Source: Antedon mediterranea
Lineage: Eukaryota; Animalia; Echinodermata
Direction of reading: 5' to 3'
Length of the DNA: 64,000 nt
Assembly (NCBI RefSeq): GCF_964355755.1
Contig: NC_092675.1
Coordinates: forward strand, 6,629,812-6,693,811
The notes beneath the pieces were generated by a model. That model worked only from the letters and a program-made list of their open reading frames with translations. It made no database searches and was not told the origin of the DNA. The position numbers and the translations under genes were made by a program. Positions 24,001-38,500 of the stretch are shown in pieces. The first letter of the stretch is position 1; the number at the start of each line of letters is the position of its first letter.

Positions 24001-27000
24001 ACATCTCGGATAGATAAGGTAGGTATCCAAGGCGGAGATTTGTACCGAAGTTTTTGCATTGTGCTCGCCTATGTCAGAATTAACCATAATTTATATATAG
24101 ATGCTCATATGTATACCGTTTTAACACTGCTACAATTATTAAAATACGATAAAAACAATATTTACCCGCTTCGCAAATACTCGCTTTAAATACAGAACAT
24201 GACACGTCATTGTAACAGTATGAGTCGCTAATGTACTCAACGCAATTTCCATCACCAGACGGGTTACCCGGACACCAATCTGATTTAATAAGAAATAATG
24301 TACAGAAAGACAATTACATTTTCTTATGCTTATTTTTTATCTTTATACAGGATTATACAATCAAATACAAGAAAACCTGTTTTGCATTGTGGTCCTGTCT
24401 TAAATAAAAATAATAAACAAAAAGTTAAAAAAATTAGTTTTGTGAAAAAATCGATCGGTATCTAGCTTTAATTAAAAGGGGTTTGCAAAAAAAGAGAAGA
24501 CATTTTAACTGTAATACCTGAATATAAGAAGGGCCTAAGTCCACACAAAAGTATTTTAAGAAAATAAAATATATTGTTGGTTATATGACAATTTACGTAT
24601 TCATATCTAAATGTAAAATGATATAGCACATGATTATATGCGCTTCTGTTGCATCATGGGAACGCGTTTAAGACAATGGACTTGGGTCCTTATAATCATG
24701 TTGTATAGTGAAATCTACATATTCGTCAACAGAGAGCGCTATCAATTGTGTGTAAGAAAGGCCCAAGTCCCTGGGTTGGGCTCTTCTTGTATACATACCG
24801 GTATTCTACCACGTGTAATTAGTACTTAGAGAGTGGACTTGAGTCCATAATTCATACACAAGTTAGCCCTATGCATAAGTGACAATTTTCTATGCTTAAC
24901 TAAATTTGGCCAAATTATGGACTTGGGCCCTTCCGGTATTTTGTTATCTTCTGATTTTGGAGAGTAGGCCTAATGAAAATAACCCGATTTTTTTACTGGG
25001 AAGGTGTATTAGAGAAATACTATGGGTAAAATGAGGTATCAAAAGATTATTACTCTTACTTGAAAATGTACTTGTCGTGCCAGTTCGTGCCCATTTAAAC
25101 ACATCGTCTTCTTTTCGACTACCGATAAAAATCTTTTTATATTTTGACGTCAATATTGAAGTGCGGCGTACAAGGTTATCTAAAACTATTTCTTCTTCTA
25201 CCGTGTCATATGAAACAAGATCACCGCCTAACTGTTGGCACGTTTCTCTTGCTCTGTCGTAGGTCATGGGAGTTGTGTTTATGTAATATTTCTCATCATG
25301 CCATGGTGTCCAAGGTATTTCTGAAATAAAAAGTCAACAAAAATACGATTTCAATATTTAGTTATATTTTCCACATTTATTTATAAAATAATATAAATAA
25401 TGATACTGAATAATTTAAATAGTTTTGTTTCTATAGTAGTAATCTCCGTTTATGCCATACTCATAATATGTCGGGTTCGAATATGCGCTTCATCGTGACT
25501 GTGGTTACACACGCGGCTGCGGTGAATCTATTTTTCAGTGAAAACATACGTTGAAGCACGAATAGTAACTTTAAAGCTTGGTTTCCATTAGAAAGCAACA
25601 ATTGACCAATGACAAGGGGAATTTTAAATGAATGAATCATTCATTTGCGTAAATATTCAAGCGTGGTTCCCACTAGCGACGCAACGCAAGGACGTAACGC
25701 AACGCAAGTGAATTGACCAATCACAAGCGATGGCTTATTCGCTTGTGATTGCTAACTGTCTATAACTTCGCTTGTCATTGTTTAAAACGCTTGCGTTGCG
25801 TTTACGTCCTTGCGTTACGTTCTAGTAGGAACCAAGCTATAGCGACGCAACGTAACGCAACGCAGTGACGTTTTGACGCAAAGTGCTGTATTGAGTAATC
25901 ACAAGTTTTATTTCACGACGCAGGAGGGAAAACCAAATTATCAGAAGGTAATTTTCTTACGTTGCGTTACGTGGCGTCGCTAGTGCGAAACAAGCTTTAC
26001 GTCAAACTTGGTTTCCACTAGAAAAAAAAAATCTGACGCAACGCATTGCATCTCCCTCTCACAATATTGTGGGGGAATAACCTGTGACTTGAAGCCTAAC
26101 TGGGTTGAATTACGCAAAGGTGTGGACGGCACATACAATAATTTTCTGTTTTTGTCTTTTATGAGATACACTTACCTTTATCATTTCAGTACATTTAGAG
26201 AGAACAAATATCATTGTAAACATACTGTATTTAAAACGTTTCTATGCAATCGAAATTGCTGCTTTTCTTTTATATATTAAATTTCATTCTTACAAATATA
26301 AAAAATGGAAAACAAAAATATTAATATACAATAACTTTCTTCTCCCCTAAGTGTCACTCGAGTGCTTCCACTTAACGGTGCCCGTTCGTCTGTCTACAAC
26401 GACAGGGGCTGATTTGCAGTACACCGGATAACCCCCTACTCTTCAGAAAGATGAACTAAGTTCTTTAGTGTGTACATGAGCCATATGTGTACACTGGACC
26501 TAAATTTGTAAGTCCTTATCCGAGAAGACACCACCAGTACAATGGTCGAGGAGTGACGATTATATAGCTATGGTTTGCGGCGCCCCTGTGTTAACCGATT
26601 GGCCACTTGACTGGAAATTAAATCAACACGACGCGACGTTTACACAAAGCAGAAACGGTGTTGAATTTAATACGTCTTCGGTTCCCACACAAATTTATGT
26701 CCTAGGTGGGAACCATGGATTTGTAGCAGACGGATACGGTATATTAATGTACTGTAGTTCTAGCTTGCATCCATGGATCAGGATGATGTACATGTACATT
26801 TTTGAATGAATAGACACTATAACAACAGCAGGAAAATACTTAATTGCATTTAAAACTAATATGTAAATTGCCTTCAAGTTGGCCTATATCCGATAACTCA
26901 TATCTTAGAAAATTAATATTTCCCTGACGTAGATGTATTTTTGAAAATTAACAGCCCCCCTAATATGTTTTTATTTTTGACAATTTTCCTATTTTGGAAA

Positions 27001-30000
27001 ATCGTGGCCTCAAGTTGACGCATTTTGGAAAATAATAGCGCCTTCAAGTTGACGTTGATATTGGAAAGAGTCACGTATTTTGGATTAGTTTAGCACCCTA
27101 AGTTGAAGTTTTTGGAAAAATGTTTATTTTGGACTAATGTTTACTAGTAAACAAACCATGTTATAATCGCACCCTATTCAAGACTAATAAATGATGGATT
27201 ATTACAAACAATCTTACCAGCTTCGCACAGAATTCCGACCTGCTCTGTACAGGCATTATCAAACCACTGACCTTCAACGAGACTCAATGTTGCGCACGCG
27301 GATGTCATTTGACCTCGGTCTTCTGCCCAGTCTAAAAATATTATTAAGATTAAATATAGTAAAAAAATGCTGAATAACATATTAAATTCATTCGTTGAAG
27401 CTGCTGTTTATAATAATCTGTGTACATATCAAACTAGTTTGACAAAAATAGTTTGATGTTCCCAAATATGGTAGTGATATGCCCAGATATGGCAGTGATT
27501 TATGGGCACATCACGTTTGATTGTGTGGACAGACTAGCTTTAGGCCCTTAACAATACAAAAAAAAACAAAAACGAGACATGCACTATAGGAATAATATAA
27601 ATATACGTATAGTGTTACCGGAAAAACATTACAACAATAGTGTAGTAGGCCTATTGTATAATAAGCATACAGCTTTCTTACTTGAATAAACCGGTTCTGT
27701 AGAATCTCGCCACGACCAAATTCCGTTGCTGTCACTCACCATACCAATGTAAAATCCCCTTCTTTGGTAGTGACTTTTTTCGATCATGTTAACCAAAAAT
27801 GTGTTTTCTTCACTCGAGGTAATTACTGCAAGATACCCTCCAATATCTGCACATACATTTATGCCGTCGTTGGCCGTCATACGGTAGTCAGTCGCAAAGT
27901 ATTTTTTCCCATTATAGTATTCCCATTCAATACCTAATACATGTACAAAACAACGAAACCATACAGTCAAAATCGACAAATGTTGCTTAGATGTTTTAAT
28001 GTTGGAAACCTCAAAAGCAATACACATCTTGGCTTTTGTTTTGTACTAACCGATACATTTCAGTTGTCGTTCGATACCGATCCATTTTGAAAAAAAAAAG
28101 TTGGGTTCAGCTAAATTATTTTCCTTTTGATTATTAAAATGTTCTTGTTCTAATTTTTTCAAAGATATGATATCAAGCTCTTTCATTATATTAATAAAAA
28201 AAAAGTATTTAAAGTGGTTTTAAAATTAATTGTTATGGACGAAGTGAGTTTATTTTTAACTTGGCCAAACATGTTGCCAATGTTTTTAATCCTCCAGTTA
28301 AAAAAAAAATGTACATACTGGGAAAGTATGCATCAATATTAATAATAATAATAATATATTTACCCTTTTCACAGACTGATGGGAATGTCCTCGACGTATA
28401 AACATCCACCCATTGGTGATATGAATACGATATGACAATTGCATCTTCATTACCAGCATCATTGGGCTCACCGGGATACCAGTCTAAACAGTTAAAATGT
28501 ATTTATCATCATATCGATATTTAATTGTAGGGTAATACTATTCCATTTGTATGAAATTGGACAGAAAGCGCTTCAGCGTCTTCTGAATGTGTGCTACCAT
28601 TGCAACAGTACAAATATACGCAAACAAGGCTGCATGACGAATACAAATGTGATAAACTGGACATTTTAAACGAGGAAAATGAGATTGGAGGAAAATGAGA
28701 TTGAAGGATACCATATACGATTTATTTAAATTTTTTAAATTATGGTTATATAACACTGGCATCCAGATTCAATAAAAAAATTTGCTACTCCATTCATTTA
28801 CACATCAACATGCTTAATGCTTAAACAAGAGACGCAATCTACGCAACGTAAGAAAATGCCATTCTAATAATTGTGTTTGCCCCCGCCTGCGTGAAATCAA
28901 ACCTGCGATGTTTGCAGCACTATTGCGTCGTAGGTTCCCACTTGTGATTACGCAATGTTTGAGTCAATACGTCACTGCGTTGCGTTCTAGTGGGAACCAC
29001 GCTTTAGTGAAAATATATTTTCAAACACAAACGCCTTAACGACTACATTAAATGCAAAAACAACTGTGGTGTTACTTTGACAGCTCAGTGAAAGTGCTTA
29101 AGCGTGGTCCCACTAGAAAGCAACGCAACGTGACGCAGCGACGTTTCGACGCAAAGTGATGTATTGCGTAATCACAATTGGGAACCGACGACGCAACAGT
29201 GCTACAAGAATCACAGGTTTTATTTCACGCAGGCGGGAGAAAACACAATTATTGGAAGGGCATTTTCTTACTTTTCGTTAGGTTGCGTTGCTAGTGGGAA
29301 CCAAGCTTTAAGCGTGGTTCCCACTAGCGACGCAACGCAAGGACGTAACGCAACGCAAATGAATTGACCAATCACAAGCGATGGCTTATTCGCTTTTGAT
29401 TGCTAACTGTCTTTAACTTCGCTTGTCATTGGTTAAAACGCTTGCGTTGCATTTACGTTCTTGCGTTACGTTCTAGTGGGAACCAAGCTTTAGGACGTGC
29501 CTGCGTATTTGTTAACAGACAATTCCGAATTCAAATCAGGGGCTTTTTCTCATTCTCACATCGGTTCTCCATGCATGTGTAAATGTATATTTAATGAATA
29601 TGAATACTAACATGTATACGTGCTTTGTTCTCCAGAATCTGGCCATACATAGGTACCCTCAGAGCTATAGTCGTTAATTCCTATAAGCCAACTGTAGCCA
29701 CCACTTTTTATTCCGGCGCCCATAGTACGTATCCAATCATGTTCCGCATAGTCACCAATGACAGCCAAATGAGCGCCAACATCTTCGCAAGAATCACGAG
29801 CTAATAACCAGTTTTGTGTTATCGTATTAAACAGATACATGCTGTGTCCACGTGGGTACCATTTTCTAGGAGTTAAATCTGAAGACAATGAATACAATTT
29901 ATGTTAGAAAAAATTGATATACAATCGTGAAAAATTTAAATTGATATCATTATAACTATTTAATCTTCGTTATAGAGTTGGAGGCCCGTTTGAACTGCAG

Positions 30001-32652
30001 ACAATTAAGAACGACAATAAATAGGCCCTAGATAAACATACAATTTCCTTACTGAAAAAAAAAAACCAAAAATCGAAAAACTTTAATCGTAGAACGATAG
30101 GATAATCATTTACACTGTCTTTGATGAGTCAAATATTATATATTATCGCGACGACAACGATTGTATTGTTCTTATTGACCATGACATCATCATCATGACA
30201 TCATCTGATTGGACTCATCAAATATGAGCATAAAGTGGTATCCTATAGTTCTAGGATAAAAACATTTTCGATTATTTTTGTTTTCTGTAAATCTGTATTG
30301 TCCTACTATAAACGAGGCTTATATACTCTTCAGCAGGCTAACACATGTGTTTATGAACTATACGTCCCTATTCTTGGTACAGTATCTAAATTTCTCCAGT
30401 ATTATAGGAATATTTGGCATACAGAATGTGTTACCATAACCTAACACTACCGGTAGCCTATATTCTTATGATAGAGGCACCACATTTGAGTGCTGTATTG
30501 CGGATTTTCCTATGAATATTGTGGAAATAATTAGGCACTGAGAATCGCCTGTTTAGTACTTGTAAACATCAATAAAAATAATAATCTGTCTCTGTGACAA
30601 ACATTTAAAATATTAATTTATAAATAACTGTTTAATGTTTGTGTTTACCCATTTCACAAATAGTATATCTGCTTGCAGTGCAAATAAGGTCATTCCAGTA
30701 GCCGCCTGAAATCTCGACACAATGTTCTTCTCCGTTATAATTACTCGGTTCACTTACTCCCCAACCTGTACGGACAATAACAATTACATTGAGTTAAATG
30801 AATGTGAGGTCACGGAATACGTGACGGAACAAGTGTGAATGTTTTGACGAAATGGTAAACGGGCGCGTCATGTTGAAATGAACGTCTTTCGTTCCATAAC
30901 GGGACCGGTGTGAATGTCCCTTTATTCGATGTAACACTTGACCATATAGGCCTACACTTCTTCTCAACGTAAAACAAGTCAAACCGCAAAGAGCGAACAA
31001 TACCTAAAAATGAATAACTTACGTGTGTAAGTTGTACTAGATTTAAGTTCATCATGCCACATGAAAGCCCCTTCACTAACAAGATCATCAAGACCAATCC
31101 ATTTACTGACTGAAGTCTCTGCACTTGATAAATAATTGTGTTGGTCATCATTTGTCACTACTGGCAAATATCCTTTCTGTAACCTGCACATTGAGTGGGC
31201 TTCTCGGTATGATGCCAACGTACTTACGGTGTTATAACATCGACGGACGGCGTAAGTCCAACCCTCCTGGCATACTAAAAAAACCCGATTGATGACGTAT
31301 TTATTACGTAAGTGTTGAAATCAAGAAAATATTTCAATTTTTTTTAATCATTTAATCAATTTTCAAACAAACAAAAATATCTAGCATAAAGTATTATTAA
31401 GGTTATCCATAAAAATAGCACATTTATTCAAATAATTCCTTGATACAGCATCACATGTATCACACGTGAAGCTGTATTTACACTATAACATTAAAAACAA
31501 AATTCACGACAGAATTCACTTTATCACGACATTTTGAGGATCACTAATTAATATTCATACAGCGAAATGGGTTTTCAGTAATACTTTGCAAACACATAAT
31601 ATGTTTTCACATGATGTTTTCATAATAACTCATTTTCAAATCAAACTATTGTTGTTATTATTTACAAAATCGTATATACAAGACAAAACAAACAAAATAT
31701 TATACTTACATGAGGGCGTTACACAGGCGGCAGACTGTCCATTACAATTTGCCTCTAAAATTATAATGATGTAATTGGACTATTAAGAATATTAGGCCAA
31801 GTAAAGCTTAAATTATGAACTCCTATTATTTATTATAATATTAAAATGTTTATCTGGAACAATATTAAGATATTTGTTGATGATCCAATAAATATTTTGT
31901 ACAAAATAAACATAGGCCTAAATACAAAAACACCAAGGTTTCACCACGAAATCCAGGGTTCATGAGTTTCAGCAAAACGTAAGTTTTAAAATATTATTTT
32001 TGAATTTAGAAAATCTCTAACAATGTATCAGATTAAGCTATACTATGCTTTATTTTATTATACCCTTTAAACAGAAAATAGTATAGACGATAACCCAACA
32101 CGGGAGATATAGGTTGGATTTCCTAACTATATTTTCTAATATATAGTAGGCCTAATTTTTTAAGAAACAAAGTAAACTAAAATCAACTTTAAATACACCA
32201 TATATTTCCAATAATTCTACCCGATTATCAATGCTCTATCTCCACATACTACCACATTTGCTCAGTCTCACAGGAATATTTGGAAACACTACAGTATCTC
32301 ATTTGTATCACATGTGATGCCTGTATCATGTAATGTCAGATTAAGTGTTAGCGTAGTATGCATGAACAAGGTAATACAGGTGAAACATGTGATGCTGTAA
32401 TACCAAATATTCCTATGATACTGGAGAAACCTCGATACAGCACGGAGAATCGGGTGATAATTCAATATTTTATATAGTTACTATTGGCTGTAGCAATTAA
32501 TTTATTTTAATAATAGTATGTAAAAGTTCTCTTCAAATTACGATAAATCAAGCAAGTAAGAGATATTTACCTATAGGCAAGGCAGCAGTTACTCCATAAT
32601 AGAAAACAGTTACTTGATAAAAAATGGATAAACAATATAAGAGAAGAAACAT
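21082..32652 (-). CDS. Multi-domain lectin A: signal peptide + 5 C-type lectin domains + PAN/Apple domain (13 exons, about 766 aa)
   Basis: Exons on minus strand: 32652-32571, 31754-31710, 31274-31023, 30765-30649, 29878-29612, 28483-28364, 27933-27682, 27331-27218, 25320-25060, 24279-24166, 22017-21739, 21567-21457, 21368-21082. All GT-AG, phase 1. CTLD hallmarks: CQEGW..RCY, WIGLDD, EPS/WND, ICE. Last exon has the PAN pattern C-x3-C...C-x-S-x-N-Y...CQL. Confidence 0.88.
22048..22201. mobile_element. Harbinger-type MITE, family H1 (subtype II, internally deleted)
   Basis: TTA-AGCGTGGTTCTCACTAG...CTAGTGGGAACCACGCT-TTA. Confidence 0.7.
22275..22395. repeat. 20-bp tandem repeat (AAAATTAATTTCAACGTTAT)n
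   Basis: About 5-6 imperfect copies visible. Confidence 0.8.
24529..24932. mobile_element. MITE-like element with AAGGGCC(C/T)AAGTCCA inverted termini
   Basis: AAGGGCCTAAGTCCA at the left and TGGACTTGGGCCCTT at the right; the motif recurs internally at about 24677, 24758 and 24834. Confidence 0.45.
25573..26020. mobile_element. Nested cluster of Harbinger-type H1 MITEs
   Basis: Complete 179-bp subtype I copy at 25660-25838, flanked by further TIR fragments (AGCTTGGTTTCCA) and a subtype II body at 25841-25997. Confidence 0.75.
26385..26530 (-). mobile_element. SINE fragment with MetaSINE-like central domain
   Basis: Minus strand reads GGACTTACAAATTTAGGTCCAGTGT...CACACTAAAGAACTTAG...GAAGAGTAGGGGGTTATCCGGTG, resembling the Meta domain as I recall it. 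Two further degenerate tandem copies at about 35790-36050. Confidence 0.45.
28829..29489. mobile_element. Three Harbinger-type H1 MITEs (subtype II reversed about 28829-29003; II 29101-29307; I 29311-29489)
   Basis: TIR AGC(G/T)TGGTTCCCACTAG; arrangement TTA-[II]-TTA-[I]-TTA. Confidence 0.8.
32218..32457. mobile_element. Inverted-repeat MITE-like element in lectin A intron 1
   Basis: ACCCGATT...CAGGAATATTTGG...ACAGTATC mirrored by GATGCTGT...CCAAATATTCCTA...AATCGGGT. Related degenerate copy at about 30375-30548. Confidence 0.55.
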
Positions 32653-34199
32653 CCTCAATATCAACGGTCTTCAAAAGCATTCATTAATAAACGAACACAT
32701 AAAATGGCAACTAAAATTGATTTTCGAGACTCCATTATTGATCAGAAGTTTACAAAGTCTGAACCTAACGCACATCGTTACCATGTGCACAATCGACTTT
32801 GATCTAAATGACTACACAGTAAATAATTCATCAATTACTATTGATGTTCAGCATATTTGATACGACGTTTAGTTTATATTTTTGTTAGTTTTAATTATAA
32901 TAAGAATGGCGACCTTGTTGCACAGAAGCATGCTAGTATGACATGCGCATTACCTTTACATCAACATCATTATTGTTTTCTATAAATGTGAAAATTTAAT
33001 TGAATGAGGTTTATGTAATGTGATTCTATGTAATCGATCGCGTAGTAGGCGGAGGTAGCCTATGTACTCTCGGAGTGGCTTTCTAGTTGCTATGTTTTCG
33101 AACTAAGACTTACGATGGACGCACTTTGGAACGAACTCTCAGTGTTTTATTGTCAAACACACTCACCCAATCCCCCGAAACAACCTTATCCCTTATTGTT
33201 CATTAATCCTCCCTAACCTCACTTACAGTAAAATTGTTTGGGCTAATACACTTCATACGTTAATTCGAAAGAAAACAAACTGTAAGATAAATAGCGAATG
33301 CTTCTTCCCTATTCCAAGTTATTGTATTCTTCCTTTGGTCTGTAAACCATCTTCAACAATGTGCCTTTCTTTATTCATAGTCGAACTCACTCTTTCTATC
33401 TCAATTTGATGATTTATTTTGTTGCACAATTTTTATAAGCACACAACTCGGAGCGCTAAACAAATACGTCTTTTTTTACTATTTTACTATTTCGGTACTC
33501 TGAAGTTTTTTGTCCTCTTTCCGGTTGTCGTGTTGTCATATTTTTCGTTTTCAGTTTATGGGCTGCCTCACACACAAGTTTTGCCCCTTTTTCGGATTTT
33601 AATTTATTAATATGAACTTAAAAAAGAAACATGACATGACTTTTGATTCTTTTAAACTCAATACATTGATCGGATTCAATCACGATAATTTTCATGTTTA
33701 GAAATGAAGAAATAATATAAATATTTGATTGTAATTTGCTGTTATTACGCTTTATTTTATACAAATTACAAATATTATTTTAGCACAATGTCTGTACCGC
33801 ATTCATGAGCCAAGATAGGACTTAATATCCATTTAATAGCCAACTTCATAACATAGCCTTTTGTCAATAATCGAAAAGATTGATTTATTTTTACTGAATA
33901 TTGATTTAGTTAGTCGATCGTTTTCATGGCAACTTAGAATATTTAATAGTGTCACGTGGTACTTCGAATCAGTAACAAAAGACACAACACGCCATCGGTA
34001 TGCTTCCAATTTCTTTATTCTTGGATCTTCACCTTATGAGCCCCAAACTATAACCTTTAAAATTTATGGCTTCCCAGCTCCAGAGGCTACCTACAATATA
34101 ATCATCCCAACAACTTGCTAGATAATAATTGGTACATATGAAATAACACAAAATAGTAGTAGACCTATACTATACACACATAAATTACGATATATCTAA

Positions 34200-34378
34200 A
34201 GCTTGGTTCCCACTAGAACGTAACGCAAGGACGTAAACGCAACGCAAGCGTTTTAACCAATGACAAGCGAAGTTATAGACAGTTAGCAATCACAAGCGAA
34301 TAAGCCATCGCTTGTGATTGGTCAATTCACTTGCGTTGCGTTACGTCCTTGTGTTGCGTCGCTAGTGGGAACCACGCT
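34200..34378. mobile_element. Harbinger-type MITE H1 subtype I (reverse orientation)
   Basis: 179 bp with TIRs, TAA on both sides; near-identical to 25660-25838, 29311-29489 and 49753-49932. Confidence 0.85.
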
Positions 34379-34750
34379 TAACTACGAGCTACGACGTCCC
34401 TCGGATCGGCATAGTATATGGCCTATCACAAATCCAGGCACTGTATATAGTTTAATGACTGCCTAACCAATTATACAAGAGTAATACAAATTAAATAAAT
34501 GAAAGGGATGAATAAATACTACTAGGACGTTGCTTACTGCTTCAGCAGCCACTTCGAGCTTGCCCCTACAAGTTCCTAGCCTGATCCCCGGCCTGATCCT
34601 TGATCATATCAGCTACGGTAACTTCTTACTTCTCTCTACTTGGAGACCTGGACACAACTCCAATTCTCATCAAGGCAACGCCCTACTATGTGGCACACTC
34701 CACGTGTCCCCTTACTTTGCATAACCATTTAAATAATTTTAATTAATTTG

Positions 34751-34764
34751 TCGCCCTCTAGCGG
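34751..34764 (-). promoter_or_regulatory. CTCF-like motif between divergent lectin genes A and B
   Basis: Minus strand CCGCTAGAGGGCGA matches the CTCF core consensus. Confidence 0.3.
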
Positions 34765-35572
34765 TCTAAAACCTTTTAAATTACTGTATACGGTAAACAG
34801 AATAAAAATTAAAAAAAATATAAAAACATTATCAATTGACCAATGGACCGAAAAAAAATGACTTACCCCAAAAAATGTAATTTAAAGTAGGCCTAAAACA
34901 TATTCACAGAAAATTGTATGTTTGGTTAAATGTAACCGTTTATTTTGTCTTTTTTAAATAATTTTTGTTTCAATATCTGATATTATTGATTGTTACATTT
35001 TCCATTATTTGTAGGGACAATATCTTTAAAAAATATTCAGTATTATTGATTTTTGTGTCTTACATAAACATATCTTTCGCTTTGTCAAATTGTCAATTTC
35101 GAAAATACAGTTATTACGATTTTGTTATTTTTAACAAATTGAGTATTTTAAAGATTACTTTGTATGGAATATTTAATACAAAATGTATACTAGCTCAATT
35201 TATTTAGAGCAATGTACTTCTTTTGAGTTACTTAGTACTTTTTTTTATGTTGTATTTTATAATTATTGATTGATAGCTAGATGCTATTATATTGTTCAAA
35301 TAAATGAACGATAGTTTTAAGAAAAGCCATGAAATGCTGACTATTTTAAGACCTACTTCTTAATTGATTTTTCGTTGTTTGGTCCTAGGTTTGTCGATCA
35401 CTGTCATAACAATTCTCTGGTTAATCATTAGGACATAATTTAATTAGTTTCATAACCAGGAGTTCTATTTATACAGTATTGTTTGGTTAAATCAATATAT
35501 TTCGATTTAAAAATTAATACAGTGTTGCGATTTCATTCTTGCAATTACAACGGAAAACTGAGGTATAAAAAT

Positions 35573-38500
35573 ATGGAATACTTTACATATTATGTTTGGT
35601 ATACTTTGCTTTTACTGACTCGCAATGGATGTGAAGTATTTGGCGATTTACCCATAGGTATTGTATTATTGTTTTTGTTGTTGTTTTGGTAAAGTGTCTT
35701 CATCTTTATCGTCGTAAGTTCCATAATTAGCACACCGATTATTACCGAAAGGCCTACACGTATACAAGGCCTACTATAATGCCTACTTAAGACAGTGGCT
35801 ATGTGTGAAAATCCACCGTAGCAAACCTCTACTCGCCACGAAAGATATACTCTTTTTTACCGACATTGTGTATACACTGGGCCTACGATTTCATGTCTTT
35901 ATCTGACAACCATGGAACTAGTGCCTACGAGGCCTACTAGAATACGTACTTAAGACAGTGGATATGTGTAAAATAATACACCGGTGTAAACCACTACTCG
36001 TCTCGAAAGATAATATACTCTTTTTTATCGACATCTTGTGTATATATTTGAGCATATCACTACCATATTTGAACACATCACACTTTTTTTGTCAAACTAG
36101 TTTGATAGTTTAGACAGAGCTTCAATGAATAGTAAACATTTGCTTCTATTTAGCATGTACAGTAGCAAATATTTCAAACAACAGGACATGAGCTCCGTTA
36201 GATCAAATGTTTTATATGGTTGCGTCCCACATCAGGCCCACACTCCACCACCAAACGACTGATTTTCGATGGGCAAAATTGGCTTCCTCAAAAGTTTGAT
36301 TAACCTAAACCGAAGAATAATGTACAGAATTAAGATCAAAGGACTGTTACAATGTCTTATCTTGGCAAGGCGAGCTAAGCATTTTGTTCTTAGATTTCCT
36401 GGTATGGAGGATTAACTAGTCATTTTATTGGTTTGTGATCAATCACATTGCTCATCTGGTCATTAATTTCTCATTAATAATAGTATAAAAAAGCACCAAA
36501 AAACAATCAAATTAGCGAGTGATGTTATAAAGTAGTTTTATTTCCAATTGATAATAATTGATATGTATTTATTGTTTACTTTATAATATTATTATACATT
36601 TTCAAATCATTATGTTTTAGAGTCCAATTGCCGTGGTGGTAGCACATGTACAATTCCTTCATGTAAGTAAACTATAGCATTATAATTCAAAATTAGCGTG
36701 CTTTCCTTTTGGGCGGTAGATAGACGAATTCACAAATAATAAATGAACAGAACAGTGTACTGTATAGGTTTATACGCATGCGCAAATTTGAACCTTTTGT
36801 ATAAAATTATTGTCTCGTTGACTTTTTTCCGAAACGAAAGCTCGCTATTATTATCATTTTGCTTTAAAATACCGATTCCATTTATTTTAGGCCTACTTAT
36901 ATAATTATCCTTGCTAATGTAAGGTAGTTTTGTTCAACCTACAGTACAAGTTGCAAAATGTCAATCGAAGTTTGCAATGAAGAAATATTTAGAATTTAGA
37001 AAAGATATTATATCAAGTGAATCAATACTGACAATTGTGAACTGGCCCCTATACAATAAATACTGTAGTCATCTGTAGTTATACTGTAAACGTGCAATGT
37101 ACAACCTAATCATGTGGATGAATGCAAATAATGCACGACACGTGATACATAATCAACTAATCAAATACCAAGGTGCCCTTTCATGCTTGTTATTTACCCA
37201 CCCGGGTAAGTTATCGCTCAACTTTAGTGCTGGGTAGACCGTACATAACTAAGCATAAAAGGGTACCTTGATAGTATTTATATACGTAATCATCTTTTCG
37301 CGCCGCGGCTTAGCCAGCTAAAACCAATAAGAAGCTTTATCATCGCGAAAGCTATAATATATATATTTTATATATATATATATATAATTTATAGGTCCAA
37401 GCTGCTGGACCCAAAAAACGTCTGGGAAAAGAAAGTCTATGAGGGCTCACGGTTGAACGATTTTGTATTCTCGCCCTTTGATTGGTTGACGCGAATCAAC
37501 ACACTTCGGATTTTCTCACGTGTGCCGTTGTCTCTCCTGAGGACTGCATGTCCTGGCATGTCCAACACACGTCGGGAAAAAAATGTATTGAAATTCTTTG
37601 AATGAGGTTAAATAAACCCTGTTTTTAGACTCTACAGCTCACGTGACTATGTCGGTCGGTCGGTCGGATGGTCGGTCGGTAAACACTAACTTGTATATGG
37701 CCTTGTCTTGATATCAGCTTCTTTCTAGCTAAGTCAATTTTTCAGAGTATATTCCTTATAGCCAGGACTCGATGTGGTTATGTTTTTCACGGTGCGCAAT
37801 CAAAAATTACGCGGTATACGCACGATTTAACGAAATCACGTTTGTAATCATATCTTCACAAGCAGGAATCACAATTAAATAAAATTTGGTACTCACAAAT
37901 TTCAGGTCATATTTCATCATATCGCAATACAATTACGTGCGTAGCGCATATAACGCATGCGTACGCGAGCTTAAAACTGTCAAAATTATTTTCGATGAAA
38001 ATAAAGTACGTTTCAGGCAATTTTAAGCGTTTACAAAATTGCAATGAGAGTGCGCAGATTTTTGCACGCAAACTGCACCTTAAACGTTAATAGGTACTCT
38101 TTTTGCCCGATTTCTGTTTTAAAACCTTCCGTTAATGTCAGCATATTTGATTCAATTTTCAACACGAAATTACGTTATACGAGCACGTCAAAAGTGACAG
38201 GCTACGCACGTGTAAATTAAAAAAATATAAATGTTTGTAAAAATTTTAAACATTTTTAAACATGTTCAGCAATTTCGGTCAGTTTGTCGGTCGGTTGGTT
38301 TGTCGGTCGGTCGGTAAACACTAACTTGAGCACGCGACTGGAGCCATGTATATGGCCTTGTTTATTTAATAAATATTTAATATGATATTTGATTGAATTT
38401 TACGTTGATATACAAAATATATTGAAAACCGTATTTTTTAAAGTATTGAAATGTATTGAAATTCTTTGAATGAGGTTAAATAAACACTCTTTTTTATTTA

